A DNA stretch of 64,000 nt from Gekko japonicus (taxonomy: Eukaryota): contig NW_015170887.1 of NCBI RefSeq assembly GCF_001447785.1, forward strand, positions 1,342,201 to 1,406,200. Direction: 5' to 3'. The first letter of the stretch is position 1. Every line of letters begins with the position of its first letter. The position numbers and the translations under genes were made by a program. Positions 1-12,010 of the stretch are shown here, one piece after another. Under the pieces are notes generated by a model. The model did no database searches. It worked only from the letters and a program-made list of their open reading frames with translations, and was not told the DNA's origin.

Positions 1-83
1 AATCATTTCCTCAGAACGCACTTTCCTAGGGGCACCTTCTTTGCAGGGCCTGAGATCCCCTGCAAGTCTGGTGTCTCTAGCTT

Positions 84-369
84 NNNNNNNNNNNNNNNNN
101 NNNNNNNNNNNNNNNNNNNNNNNNNNNNNNNNNNNNNNNNNNNNNNNNNNNNNNNNNNNNNNNNNNNNNNNNNNNNNNNNNNNNNNNNNNNNNNNNNNNN
201 NNNNNNNNNNNNNNNNNNNNNNNNNNNNNNNNNNNNNNNNNNNNNNNNNNNNNNNNNNNNNNNNNNNNNNNNNNNNNNNNNNNNNNNNNNNNNNNNNNNN
301 NNNNNNNNNNNNNNNNNNNNNNNNNNNNNNNNNNNNNNNNNNNNNNNNNNNNNNNNNNNNNNNNNNNNN
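84..369. other. Assembly gap (N run)
   Basis: Run of N from 84 to 369. Confidence 0.99.
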
Positions 370-799
370 AACTGTGGCAGTGACAAAAGTTGCATGAGAC
401 AGAAACTTGAGGGTGGCACCTCTCCCTTCACAGTATTTGGAGCTGTACATTCTTGCACTTATGTGACACAGACTGGGTGGCAACAGGGAACCTGGGATGC
501 ATCGACCTGTCCTGGCAGACATTTGTATATATAATTTTTATAGAAAAGTGGTGTTATAATTACATATCTAACATACCTGATGCCATGCCAACATGGGCAA
601 CCAGTGTGGTTGCATGCGTATACGACACCATTCTGGAGATGTTCTTATCCGTATCTCAGATGAGCTGGTTGATGTGTTCATCTCAAAGACAGTTGTCTGC
701 ACAGGCAGCAATGGCCACTGGATTCTGCCTTGTTACTGAATGGATCTTGGTCTGAGTACAGCAAATGAGTTCAGAGAATGTCACCGCTTCTCTCCACAG

Positions 800-881
800 G
801 GCAACTACAGAGTGATTGAGCTGGACCTCAGCCACAATGAGTTTGCTGAGAAGGGAGGAGAGCTTCTGGGACAGATGCTGG
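800..881 (+). CDS. LRRC74A: LRRC74A internal coding exon (LRR), GNYRVIELDLSHNEFAEKGGELLGQML(A)
   Basis: Acceptor ttctctccacag at 799 and donor gtaacc at 882. It has the LxxLDLSxN motif, resembles LRRC74A NY..[23 protein letters not shown], and ends in phase 1 matching the next exon. Confidence 0.92.
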
Positions 882-969
882 GTAACCTTGTTCATTCCTT
901 CTACTGAGGCATCAGCCATCACTGCAAATGAGGAAATGTCTGGTCTAGACTGTGTTAGATGGGATTGCA

Positions 970-1440
970 CTCCCAGTTAGTCTCACCCTTTGGGGCATGC
1001 TTCTGAATCTGTCCCTTTACCAGGATGCTCAGGTGATGGCGGTGGCCAGAAGTATGTTTTACCATCCTAGGTTAATTAATCAGAAGCACCTTTTTCTCAA
1101 AAAATAGCAACCTGACCAAAGTAAAGCATACTTTACTTAATCTGGATTAGACTATTGTGATGTTCTGTTCGTTTGGCTGCCTTGAAAGAATATTTGGAAA
1201 CTACAACTGGTTCAGAACGTGGTGACCAGATGGATAACTTGGGGGCCAGCAGCACTCATGTAAATATTATTGCCTGCCAGTTTGCTTCCAAGTCCGTTTT
1301 AAATTCTGGATATGCGAAGGACCACTTACACCCATACGAACCCTGCCACACATTAAACCCTTTTTCAATGATTATATTGTGTGATCTGTGCTTAAGTCTC
1401 GGTGAGAAAATCAGGCTATAAATAAAGCAAATAATAAATA
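970..1440 (+). mobile_element. Old L2-clade LINE 3' fragment
   Basis: Degenerate RLDYCDVLF..LP....WKLQLVQN peptide at ~1145-1220, ending in an (AAAT)-rich tail. Confidence 0.6.
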
Positions 1441-1589
1441 TATTCTTCATGTGACTCCAACCATTGGCAGTTCAGTGGATGGTTGCTTAAGGGGGGGGGG
1501 CTTTATTCTGAGAGAACTCCAGGCCTTATCCCAGTCCCCATAGCAGCCATTTCGTGATGCTGCTGGGCTTGCGTGTTTCCAGTGAGAGG

Positions 1590-1790
1590 AGGTGTGTGGC
1601 TTAGTGGCAGAGTATCTGCATGGCATAGGTCTTGGGTTCAATCCCTGGCATCTCCAGTTAAAAAATCTGGAAGTAGGTGTTGTGAAACCCTCTGCCTGAG
1701 ACCCTGGAGAGCTGCTGCCAGTCTGAGTAGACGATACTGACTTTGATGGACCAAGGGTCTGATTCAGTAGAAGGCAGCTTCATGTGTTCA
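1590..1790 (+). mobile_element. tRNA-derived SINE, Squam3-like (CR1-type tail)
   Basis: A-box tggcttagtgg, B-box ggttcaatcc, body tgagaccctggagagctgctgccagtctgagtagac, and end aaggcagcttcatgtgttca. Confidence 0.85.
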
Positions 1791-1913
1791 CAGTGCTTGT
1801 TTCTCACCGCCATTCCACATGGTAGCAGGAGAAACGTGTTTTAAAAGGCTGTCACACCAACAGCGTGACATCACTTTGGGAGGAAACCTAGAAGTGACTG
1901 TTGTGTCCGCGGA

Positions 1914-2470
1914 GAATCACTGGGACTACAGTTCCAGGTATTCCTTGCAGCGGCATCATGCCATTGCCAGTGGTCACCCCCTATGTCCCTTCTCTAGTCT
2001 CTTGAAGGTTGCGCTAGGTCATACCCACTTTGCAATCTCACAATTGTAAAAGTGTCCACAGGTACAAGGAGTGAAAATACTTCTCCATCAGCAATGGCTG
2101 AAGAACTCAGGAGTATGTATTCACTAGCATTTTCTTTTAAAACCATTTATGCGTGCCTTAGCAATTCTTCCACGCGGTTAACCCACTACACAACAGTGAC
2201 ATCAGTCCTCTCTAGGAATCACTGGGACTACAGTTCCAGGTATTCCTTGCAGTGGCATCATGCCATTGCCAGTGGTCACCCCTTATGTCCCTTCTCTAGT
2301 CTCCTGAAGGTTGCGCTAGGTCATGCCCATTTTGCAATCTCACATTTGTAAAAGTGTCCACAGGTACAAGGAGTGTGGAGGCACATGCACTAAAGTGAAA
2401 ATACCTCCCCATCAGCAATGGCTGAAGAACTCAGGTGTATGTATTCACTAGCATTTTCTTTTAAAACCAT
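1914..2470 (+). repeat. Local direct duplication (1914-2146 and 2216-2470)
   Basis: Near-identical ~235-bp copies starting gaatcactgggactacagttccagg. Copy 2 carries an extra ~22 bp. Confidence 0.9.
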
Positions 2471-2593
2471 ATATTATAACACATGATTCTCAGATCATAA
2501 CACTGACAACCCTCTTGCATGCCCTCGAAAAGACATTCCTTTCCCCCATCCAATTTTGCTTCCTCAGCAAGTTCCTCTGCTCCTTTTCTTCAG

Positions 2594-2679
2594 CCAACAA
2601 CGAATCACTGGAGGTTCTGAAGCTGAGCTGGAATCATCTGCGGATGAAGGGGGCAGTAGCCCTCAGCGCTGGTCTCAGG
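2594..2679 (+). CDS. LRRC74A: LRRC74A coding exon (LRR), (A)NNESLEVLKLSWNHLRMKGAVALSAGLR
   Basis: Acceptor tccttttcttcag and donor gtaagc. Phase 1 in, phase 0 out, with an RNI-like LRR motif. Confidence 0.94.
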
Positions 2680-2876
2680 GTAAGCATCTTCCCATGCTGA
2701 GACAGACAGAAAGCCCTGGGATCAAGAGAAGTCTGAGTGACGAGAGGCAGAACAGGACCGTAGAAGCAGGCCTGTGGTAGGGAACAGCAGCAAAACAAGG
2801 AGCTAGGCTGAGTGTTGTATGTGTAACAGAGAAATAAATAAAGACAATCCATGCCCAGGAAACAATAAAGGTCCAC

Positions 2877-3360
2877 TTTTTTTTTTTTTAATTATTTTAA
2901 GTTTTCCAACTTTACATATAATCACGTTACAATTTCATACATTTGGGGGTTAAGTCAACCTCTTTCTTCGTACCATTTTATGGCTTTTTGCCATTTCAAG
3001 TTAAAGTGTTCTTCTGTTTTGCCCGCTAAAAACATATTGAGCTTGTCCATCTCGATTACTTCATAGAGGATGTTGGTCAGATCATCCTTACTCGGTAGTT
3101 TATCAGATTTCCAATTTTTAGCAATAGAAATCCTGGACATTGTAATAATATATACCACAATACATTTCTCATTAAATTTTAGCCCGTCAGGTGTAACATT
3201 CAATAGAAAGAGCTCTGGTATCAGCGCTAAATCTTTCCCTATGATTTCTTTTAACATCTGTTTAACAGTTTTCCAGAATTTTTGTATTTTTTCGCATTTC
3301 CACCATATGTGGAAGTACGTTCCTGTTGTGATCAGACAATGTGGTGACATATCAGGAGAA
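2877..3360 (-). mobile_element. 5'-truncated L1-clade LINE (ORF2 C-terminus, 3'UTR and polyA)
   Basis: ORF 2955-3350 has a zinc-knuckle-like HC...GTYFHIWWKC followed by FW..V and IAKNWK. PolyT on + at 2877-2889. Confidence 0.88.
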
Positions 3361-3549
3361 TTTAGGTGCAGTTGGGAGGCTCCTGGTCTGTATGGATAAA
3401 ATGTCTGAAAGGGGCTTAGAACATGCAGGATTTTCCAGCTCAGTTGGTGAGCCTGATTTTCAAGGCATCCTTAGAGCCCTCTTGTAGTGAATTGGGGTTA
3501 CACCATCACTGCACCTGGACCTGGATCTTTGTGAGAGGGATGTCCATAG

Positions 3550-3840
<291 letters not shown>

Positions 3841-4344
3841 TGAAAGCCTGCAGACTGGCAAAAGACAGACTGTGAGTGGCATTGTTTGTTTATATACTTA
3901 CAGAATTTCAACACTTTCCCCCCAAAAAAGTGCCTGAAGTGGTTTACAAACTCTAACAAAAAGTCAAAAATGCATAAAGGAAAATAAAACTCACACATTA
4001 TTTATTTATTTTTTAAAAATACAAATTTATGATCCACTGAAAAGAGGTGTAACAATAAAACTGCCTGACCATAAAACCACAAAGACCATCCAAACATTAA
4101 AAATGCAACGTGTTAGCTGGCTACAGTTTTATATCTTCATGTTAAGAAATATGAATATTGCTTCAAATGCCACTAGAAGGCTAGCTACGGCTCTCAGGTT
4201 CATGATATGTTTCCATGGTTACTTACAGAACCTATCAAGATTAGAATTTATGCCTTGGATTATACCGTGAGGAAACTGCAGGATTCTTAGGTACTGGGAA
4301 CTGACTCAAAGAAAGGTGAAGGGGTAATGGGACTGGAGCAACCT

Positions 4345-4495
4345 GAATAGCCCAGATTAGTTTGAGCTTGTTAGAATTTAGAAACTAAGCAGGGTTGGCC
4401 ACGATTAGTACTTGGCCGGGAGACCACCAAAGAAGTCAAGGGTTGCTATGCAGAGGAAGACAGTGTCAACCCACCTCTGCTCATCTGTTGCCTGG
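4345..4495 (+). mobile_element. 5S-rRNA-derived SINE (5S-Sauria-like), degenerate
   Basis: 5S control region aactaagcagggttggccacgattagtacttggccgggagaccacc, followed by a non-5S body. Confidence 0.75.
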
Positions 4496-4496
4496 T

Positions 4497-5150
4497 CATA
4501 AGAACACAAGAAGAGCCCTCCTTGATCAGACCAGTGAATCAGTGATCCATTTAGTCCAGCATCCTGTCTCACACACAGTGGCCAACCAGTTCCCCATGAG
4601 GTCCAACAACAGGGCATAGAGACCAAGGCCTTACCTGATGTTGCCTCCTGGCACTAGTATCAGAGGCTGAGTGCCTCTGAATGTGGAGTGGCTAGTAGCC
4701 ACTGATAGATCCATCTTCTGTGAATCTGTCTAATCCATTTTTAAAAATGTCTATGCCTGTGGCCATCACTACATCTTCTGGCAGCAAACTCCACATTTTA
4801 ATCACTCACTGTGTAAAGAAGAATTTACTTTTGTCCATCCTGATTCTATTGCTTGCTCATCAGCTTCATTGGATGCCCTTGAGTTCTAGTATTTTGAGAA
4901 CAGGAGAGAAAGTTCTCTTTTTTCAACTCTCTCCACCCTATACATAATTTTGTGAACCTCAGTCAATCATGTTCCCTCTTAGTCATCTCTTTTCTAAACT
5001 GAAAGTACCTCTTCAGCCTTTCCTCAAGGGGAAGGTGCTCCAACCTCTGAATCATCTTGGTTGCCCTCTTCTGTATTTTTTCCAGCTCTGCAATGTTCTT
5101 TTTTGAGTGACCAGAGCTGCACACAGTATTCCAAAAGAGGCTGCACTTTG
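4497..5150 (-). mobile_element. CR1 LINE 3' fragment
   Basis: 3' end cataagaacacaagaagagcc...gatcagacc, followed by a typical CR1 3'UTR/ORF2 end in antisense. Confidence 0.8.
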
Positions 5151-5341
5151 ATCAAAGAGGATTCGTTGTTCTCTTTTTCACCAGTGGAGAAGTCAGTTGG
5201 ATCCAGCCCCTTGTCTCTCTAGCACATGCATATAAGTGCCTATGCATGAACACTAAGGAACCATGTAGTATGAGCACTGCCAGCTCACATACAGCTGGTC
5301 CTGAGCTTTATCTTGAACTTTGGCTAATCTGATGTGGTACA

Positions 5342-5631
5342 GGAGCCAGTTTGGTGTAGTGGTTAAGTGCGCAGACTGTAATGTGGGAGAACCAAGTTTG
5401 ATTCCCCACTCCTTCTCCACATGAAGTCTGCTGGGTGACCTTGGGCAAGCCATAGTTCTGTCAGAGCTGTTCTTGAAAGAGCAGTTTCTGTCAGAGCTCG
5501 CTTAGTCACACCTACCTCACAGGGTGTCTGTTGTGGGGAGGGGGAGGGGAAGGAGTTTGTAAACTGCTCTGAGACTCTGAGTGAAGGGTGTGGTATTAAT
5601 CCAATGTCCTCCTCCTCCTCCTCCTCCTCCT
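5342..5631 (+). mobile_element. tRNA/CORE-type SINE with L2-like tail (abundant family in this window), ending in (TCC)n
   Basis: Head gagccagtttggtgtagtggttaagtgc, B-box-like gtttgattccc, CORE-like gtgaccttgggcaag, and tail cctacctcacagggtg...aatccaat plus a microsatellite. Confidence 0.9.
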
Positions 5632-5762
5632 GCTTTCCCAGTATAAATTTTATTAAATCATTGGAGGAGGAGCTATTGCAGAGGACATGAACTTGACTTC
5701 AGCAGTATGTTATGGTGATGTGGGGAGAATATTCAGCTAATTTTTTTTCTTTTATCTCACAG

Positions 5763-5858
5763 ATGTCGCATAATCCCATGACAGTAGAAGGTGCCATTGC
5801 ACTCCTCACATGCATCAGAAGGAATTCAAAAACCAGGATGGAAGAAATCAACATCTCA
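5763..5858 (+). CDS. LRRC74A: LRRC74A coding exon, MSHNPMTVEGAIALLTCIRRNSKTRMEEINIS
   Basis: Polypyrimidine tract ttttttttcttttatctcacag and donor gtaaga. 96 nt, phase 0/0. Matches LRRC74A NP...GAI.L...IKRNPKSRMEELDIS. Confidence 0.93.
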
Positions 5859-6063
5859 GTAAGATGATATGAGGGATGGAAGAGTTTTTATATAGAATAA
5901 TACAGAGTTTCAGTTCACGTTTCTTGCTCAAAGAAAATTCTAAGCATATAGGAAGCCGTGATTAGTCAATTTTATATATCTTGTGTTTCCTCCAAATAAT
6001 TCAGAGTGGCATATATGGCTCCTGCTTTACCTTCTCAACAATCCTGTGAGATGGGTTAATGTA

Positions 6064-6816
6064 AGGCTGCCAACCCCCAGGAGGTTGTATATCAAAATGA
6101 GAGCTCAAGGGAGGAGATTGTATCAATATAAAGACACTCCGTGAATGAATTACGAACAAAAGCAAAAAGATTATATTGTGCAAAACAATTCAAACAGCTT
6201 TAAATCTTTGTTAAAGTTCAACAAACCCTTATATATTCTTAAAGAACTAGGATCAAAAATTGTTGGTACTTTATTTCAGTGAGTATGTATGTGCTAACAA
6301 CTGGGGATGTAGTAAATATGTTGTAATTTAGTGGATGTGACATAAAAGTATATTTTCAGTTTCACAGCTAAAGAGTACCAGCTATCTGAAGAAGCAAAAT
6401 GTGAACGCAGCCGTGAAGCCAGCAGCTGCTGCTCATACAAGATGTAGAACCTTTGCTCTCCTGAAGTTTGTCTTTATACAAAGGATTTGTGGACTTTACT
6501 TGAGTTTTCCCTTTGTATCAAGTACTTTTTGATCCTAGCTCTTTAAGAATATATAAGGGTTTGTTGAACTTTAACAAAGATTTAAACTTAAAGAGCTAGG
6601 ATCGAAAAGTACAACCTCCAGGTGGTGGGTGGAGGTCTTCTGGGAACTGATCTCCAGGCAATGGAGATCAGTTCATCTGGAGAAAATTGCCACTTTGGAA
6701 GGTGGAGTCTATGGCATTATACCCCATTGAAGTCCCTCCCCTCCCCAAGCCCCACCCCCCTCAGGCTTCATCCCCCAAAACTCCAGGTATTTCCCAACCT
6801 GCAGTTGACAACACCA
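6064..6816 (+). mobile_element. hAT-type MITE (TAGGGTTGCCA TIR family) interrupted by a ~525-bp Penelope-like insert and itself inside an old SINE
   Basis: The MITE start ggctgccaacccccagg resumes at 6612 (caacctccaggtgg). SINE halves lie at ~6015-6062 and ~6817-6860. Confidence 0.7.
6086..6611. mobile_element. Penelope-like (pLTR-type) fragment with a 60-bp internal inverted repeat
   Basis: 6199-6258 is the reverse complement of ~6527-6586 with 1 mismatch. A hammerhead-like CTGAAGA..GAA core lies at 6386-6410. Confidence 0.5.
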
Positions 6817-7730
6817 GGTTAAGCTGAAAGTGTGGGACTGTCCTAAGGTCACTGTCAAGAGAGAAGCCCTGTTCAGAGGAAAGTTCCGCATAACATTTTT
6901 TCCCCTTGTCTGGTTCCTTAAGAACCAGTATCAGCCACACACACACACACCAGTAAACAGTTACCAGCCAAGGTAATCTCTCAGGCATCAAGCCTTGCTA
7001 ATTAGTTCACTCAGTTCAGCTGGATGTGGATGGGAGGGGGGGGGACAGAGCTCATCCAGAATCTCCCTTGGAGACAGTCCAGTGATCGATGGACAAGAGT
7101 CAGGAGATCTATGGCCCATGTTTTTATAAAGTGTAGTCTATGCTGTTAGGCCTCATCCTAGTCCCTTTACCTTATTTCATCGCCATGTTCCTGTACGTGT
7201 TACCTAATATGCCTCATGTTACACCTATATGGAGGTATGCTGCTATATACTGGACTTAGTAAACCTATAAGAAACATCTATGCTGCAAAGACCTGTATCT
7301 AGAGAATTAGTTTTCTTGTTTCCTGTATATTTGGAACTGGAACTGTATTGCTTTCAAAATGTTTTTTTCTTTAATTTCCTTAATAAAAAACCCATTTCAC
7401 CTTAAAGGTGCGTTGCTGTGAGTTACCAGGACAAATCCAGGGTAAACTTGGCTACATTATCACAAAGAGATTTGTTTCAGTGTCTCAGTTCAGAGACAGG
7501 GGAACAAATCTCTTGTACCAAGGTGGGTCAGTTTTTACAGTCACCCTGTGATCTTTAATGGCACAGTGGGGAGAGATCGGGGTCTCCCAAATCCTAGTCC
7601 AACATGCTAACTGCTCTACCACACAGGCTCACACTGAAGTGATCACAGGTTGTATATGTAAAAAGGTCAGAATTTTGGGGGGGGGTGCCTCCATGGGATC
7701 TAGCATCATCTGCTCTCTGCTCTGCTTTAG

Positions 7731-7874
7731 AATGTGCTGGTGAATGAAGGTTTCGTACGACTAGTGGATGTCATTTGTGAGGTACACCCTGAACTAGATG
7801 TCATCTATGGAGGGGTTGGGGGCCACATAACCAAGAAGCAAGAGCATCGTCCAGATCCTATGAAGTTGATACAG
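7731..7874 (+). CDS. LRRC74A: LRRC74A coding exon, NVLVNEGFVRLVDVICEVHPELDVIYGGVGGHITKKQEHRPDPMKLIQ
   Basis: Acceptor ctctgctttag and donor gtgagg. 144 nt, phase 0/0. The NVLV...VHP.LDV...PMKLIQ pattern is characteristic of LRRC74A. Confidence 0.94.
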
Positions 7875-8257
7875 GTGAGGATGCCTTGGTTCTTCCAATG
7901 CCCAGACGTCTTCCTGCACGTGCACAGAGGGTGGAGCTTGTTTCTCTAAGAACATTACTGCTGAGTCAGGGTTTGGGAAAGATCAGTTGACATTTTCAGG
8001 GTGCGGTCATGGGGCGGGGGAAAGTGAGTATACTTTACTGGGGTCCAGGGAGGACCAAGCCAGGCTACAAGCCCATTGCCATGAAATGGAGTATTAATTT
8101 GATCTGAGAAAGAACAGATAATTTTCTATCTCTTGAGACATATGAGAATGAATACATGGAGCTGCCAGCCAGCAACTGGCAGGAGTCCAAGGGAGTGGGG
8201 TACCTTCTCTCTCTTTTCCTTCCTGGTTGTCAGCAAACCACAGTTTGTGATTTTAGC

Positions 8258-8468
8258 AAGGGTTGACAACCTCCAGGTAGGGCCTGGAGATCTCCCAGAA
8301 TTACAGTGGATCTCCAGGTTAATGAGATCAATTCCTCTGGAGAAAACCGCTGCTTTGGAGGGTGGATTCCGTGACATTACACCCACTGAGTTCCATCCCT
8401 AAAACCCATCCTCCCCAGACTCCAGCCCTAAGATCTCTGGGTTTTCCAACCCGGAACTAGCAACCCTA
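8258..8468 (+). mobile_element. hAT-type MITE (TAGGGTTGCCA TIR family)
   Basis: Termini aagggttgac...tagcaacccta and 8-bp TSD attttagc/atttcagc. Confidence 0.85.
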
Positions 8469-10078
8469 ATTTCAGCCAAACCAGCAAGTTCTAATTTGCA
8501 GTTCTAGGCAGAACTGGTTTGCTGTTCTGCTTCAGCAAAAAACTACAAATCATACTTTGTCTGCACTCAATGAAGTGCATGTTGGCACGATGCTCTAGCC
8601 CCCCCCCCCTCCAGGCTCTATGGTTTTGATACATATATTATAAACACACTGTGCTAATTTATGTATATATTTTTCAAGCAGTAAATTCTTTCCCATTTGG
8701 CTATGCACTGTGTGTATCAACAGTTCTCGGCTATTTGGTGTGTGCTGTTTTCATTGGATTCCACATTGTTAATTTATCTTACAACCCATGTCTGTATATA
8801 TTATACCTCCATCTATTTTGCTTTGATCATGCCATAATAAAACAATTAACCCATGCATTACCACAATGGCTTTTGTCTTTTGGCTACTACAGTCAAGGAG
8901 TTTTCTTCTGGATTCTGGATTAATTTTGAAAGCATGCTATCTCCAGAAACCGCACCAGATGGTGCTGTTGTGTCAAAGAAAGTTTTTATTAGTATTATTT
9001 TATTTTTAGTGCAAACTGCTAAAGCCAGTAACTGAATTATATTTTCTGCAGCCACCTTTTCTGGTGCTTAAAATGATTAAAACTTTGTGCTAAAAAACAA
9101 AAATCAAAGTTTTGCACCTAGAAATTCTTCAGGCTATATAAACCGAAGACATTTGTTAATTGGCAGGGCACAGGCTCATGAAATGGTGATGGAAATCCTG
9201 CTCAAATCTTACTCTGGCTTCTAGATTTGACCAAGTAATGCTCAAACATTTTCACGGCTCTCTTTTTCAAGCCAAAGTATCAAATCTCAAAGGCCACATT
9301 CTGCACCCAGCTACTGCTGAATTTTGAAACACAAGCACTCAGAATACAAGTAGCAAGACTTTGCACCTGTGGCTTTAACCATCCCACTGCCCCGCAAAAA
9401 TACTTACACACATATTGTATTCTTGGGTATGTTCATATGCCAAGGCATATTTCTGGACAGCCCTAGAACATCCAGAGCTTTGAAACACACTCAGACATAA
9501 GGCACAATTTTGCATTGATTCACCTTTTCCCTATTGCATATTGAGTAACTTTTACCTGTGTGGTTCCTTTACAAAGCTATAACTTAAAAAGAAAAGAGAC
9601 AACAAAAACTGTATTTGAAACCCAAGATGTTCGACAACTAACATAAACTTTCATGAATTTTAATGGTAGACATCTAAAAATATCTAACTTTAATAGTTTC
9701 AAACATTTTTTATCTTGGGATATTTTTCTACCCCACAAATATCTTTCTCCATTGTGAGGTAAATGTTCTCCAGGTTATTGGGAAGGGTCATCAGGTTTTA
9801 GTGAAGGACTCTGTCTCTCCAGAGCACTTAAAAAGGTTCCTTGGGCCATTGTTTCCTTAAATAGTGCATCAGGTCACAAGAGATGCTTCCCCCCCCCAGT
9901 CATTCATTCAGTGATCTTCATACCTAAACTATAGAGCCTGGAGAGTAGGTTGGAACATAACAAACACTAGAACGACAATACCCATCAATTATTAAACAAC
10001 CAGAATCAACAAAACTGCCCACCATTACAGTCATTTATTTATTTATTTATTTGTATGATGCCTTTCTATGCTTCTATG

Positions 10079-10210
10079 AAGAGTCAGTTTCGTGTAGTGG
10101 TTTAGAGTGGTGGACTCTAATCTGGAGAACCAGGTTTGATTCCCCACTCACATGAAGCCAGTTGGGTGACCTTGGGCTAGTCACAGTTCTTTCAGAGCTC
10201 TGTCGGCCCC
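10079..10210 (+). mobile_element. tRNA/CORE-type SINE, 3'-truncated
   Basis: gagtcagtttcgtgtagtggtt...ggtttgattcccc...gtgaccttgggctagtcac. Confidence 0.75.
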
Positions 10211-11155
10211 TAAAAACAAGTCTAGCTCACCATGCACAACGCTAAAAGCTAGAACTTGTGGCTGCCACACAATCCTAGGATTTATTTATTTGTTTGTTTT
10301 ATTTCTTCAAATCTATACCCTGCCCTCCCAGCCAGGGCCGACTCAGGATCTCCTGGCTATTCTACACACAATGCCATCCTATAATCAATTAATTAACGCT
10401 TCTATAATGGCCTTTCTACCCCATTGGTCCTCAAGGTGGCTAGCAAATCCATTTATAAACATATAACACATGAAAATTAAAATATGCAGTAAATTCTCAA
10501 AATAAGAACAGCCTAAAAAGAAAACAATAATAATCATATTTTCCCTCACATATCTTCATTGAGAGTTTAGCTTTAAAAAAAACCCCAGGACATACTCCCA
10601 CATGCCTGCTGGAAAAGAACAGGTTTTAAAATTCTTGTAAAAGAGAAAAAAAAAGAACTGGCCTAGCGGACGTCTCTAGAGAGGGAGTTCTACAGAGGGT
10701 GCTGCCACCAAAAAGATCCTGCCTTTTATCCTGAGCAATATATTTGCAGCTAAAGAAGGACCATCAGAGCAAGGATTCACCTGGTGCATGAGGAGACAGA
10801 ACCCCAGCATCTTTCCTTTGGCCCCACTTACAGCATGCCCCCCATGTGTACATAATTTCACCCTGTAACACAGTCCCATAAATCATGGGAGAGGGGAAAA
10901 AAATCTGTTTTATTTCCAAAATGAATTAAATAGATAAAAGGTTTTTCTCCAGGGAGCGCATATGGGATTTGAGGAACAGAAATTACAGTCTTTGTATCAG
11001 AACAGCAATGAATACTTCCTTACCTTAGTGGTGGACAAAGCTGGAAGACTGAGATAGATAGATAATGTTATCCTGGGGAAGGTGTGGGGAGTTGGGATTG
11101 GTTACTAAAGTGAGATTATTGACCAGTTTGCATTTCATTGTTTTTTAATCCCTAG

Positions 11156-11263
11156 AACTACTTGGATAAAAACAAGCTGAGACTCTGGGATTTCTTCAGG
11201 AAGATGGACAAAGAAGGCACCATGAAGATTACTGTGTCAGAATTTCGGAAAGCTATGATGCAG
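11156..11263 (+). CDS. LRRC74A: LRRC74A coding exon (EF-hand-like loop 1), NYLDKNKLRLWDFFRKMDKEGTMKITVSEFRKAMMQ
   Basis: Acceptor ttttttaatccctag and donor gtatgt. 108 nt, phase 0/0, containing the DKEGTMKITVSE loop. Confidence 0.92.
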
Positions 11264-11359
11264 GTATGTCTCAGAGCGCTTAAAAGTGGCTTGAACAGTT
11301 CAACAGTCATGGCTTCCTGAAACAGCAATGCATATTCAGGAGGGTGCTGAGGACTGTGG

Positions 11360-12010
11360 GTTAGAAATCCCATCATTGTCCCAGAATTACCGGGTTATTT
11401 GGTTGGAAACCATGACAGAGCCAAAATACACTATATCAAATTCACATGTCAGGATTCTCAGGACACAGGTTTCTCATCTCTGAAAAGCTCTCAGCTTCTG
11501 CATTTAGCTACCAACAAAGTTCAGTGGAGGTAGAAGGTTGGGGCTTCCCTCTCACAGCATTTTTGCCAGAGGAAAGATCTTTGCTGTGGGCAGGCTCATA
11601 TGAGAATATATCAGGTTGCCATCCTCCAGGTGATGACTGGGGATCTCCTGCTATTACAACTTATCTCCAGGTGACAGCTATAAGTTCACCTGGAGAAAAT
11701 GGCCACTTTGGAAGGTGGACTCTATGGCATTATGCCCCAAACCCCACCCTCCTCAGGCTCCACCCCCAAAATCTCCAGGTATTTCCCAACTTGAAGCTGG
11801 CAACCTTAGTAGAGGATGGAGTCCCTTAGAACCCCTGGTCTCAAAGTATTAAGAGCTTAAAAGGAAAGAACCAGCACTTCAGTTGTGTGCTACAGTTAGA
11901 AATCCCATCATTGTCCCAGAATTAATGGGTTATTTGGTTGGAAACCATGACAGTTAGAGCCAAAATACACTACATCAAATTCACATGTCAGGAGTCTCAG
12001 GACACAGGTT
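11360..12010 (+). repeat. Dispersed direct repeat (11360-11471 and 11895-12010)
   Basis: ~112-bp copies from gttagaaatcccatcattgtcccagaatta to ggacacaggtt, 535 bp apart. Confidence 0.9.
11612..11809 (+). mobile_element. hAT-type MITE (TAGGGTTGCCA TIR family)
   Basis: caggttgccatcctccagg...ctggagaaaatggcc...gctggcaacctta. Confidence 0.8.

Noticed and set aside
3-458. ORFs spanning the N-gaps (also 52570-53482)
   Set aside because: They are open only because N codons translate as X.
5342-5415. tRNA genes at SINE heads
   Set aside because: A and B boxes are present but there is no complete cloverleaf, and each continues into a repeated SINE body and tail.
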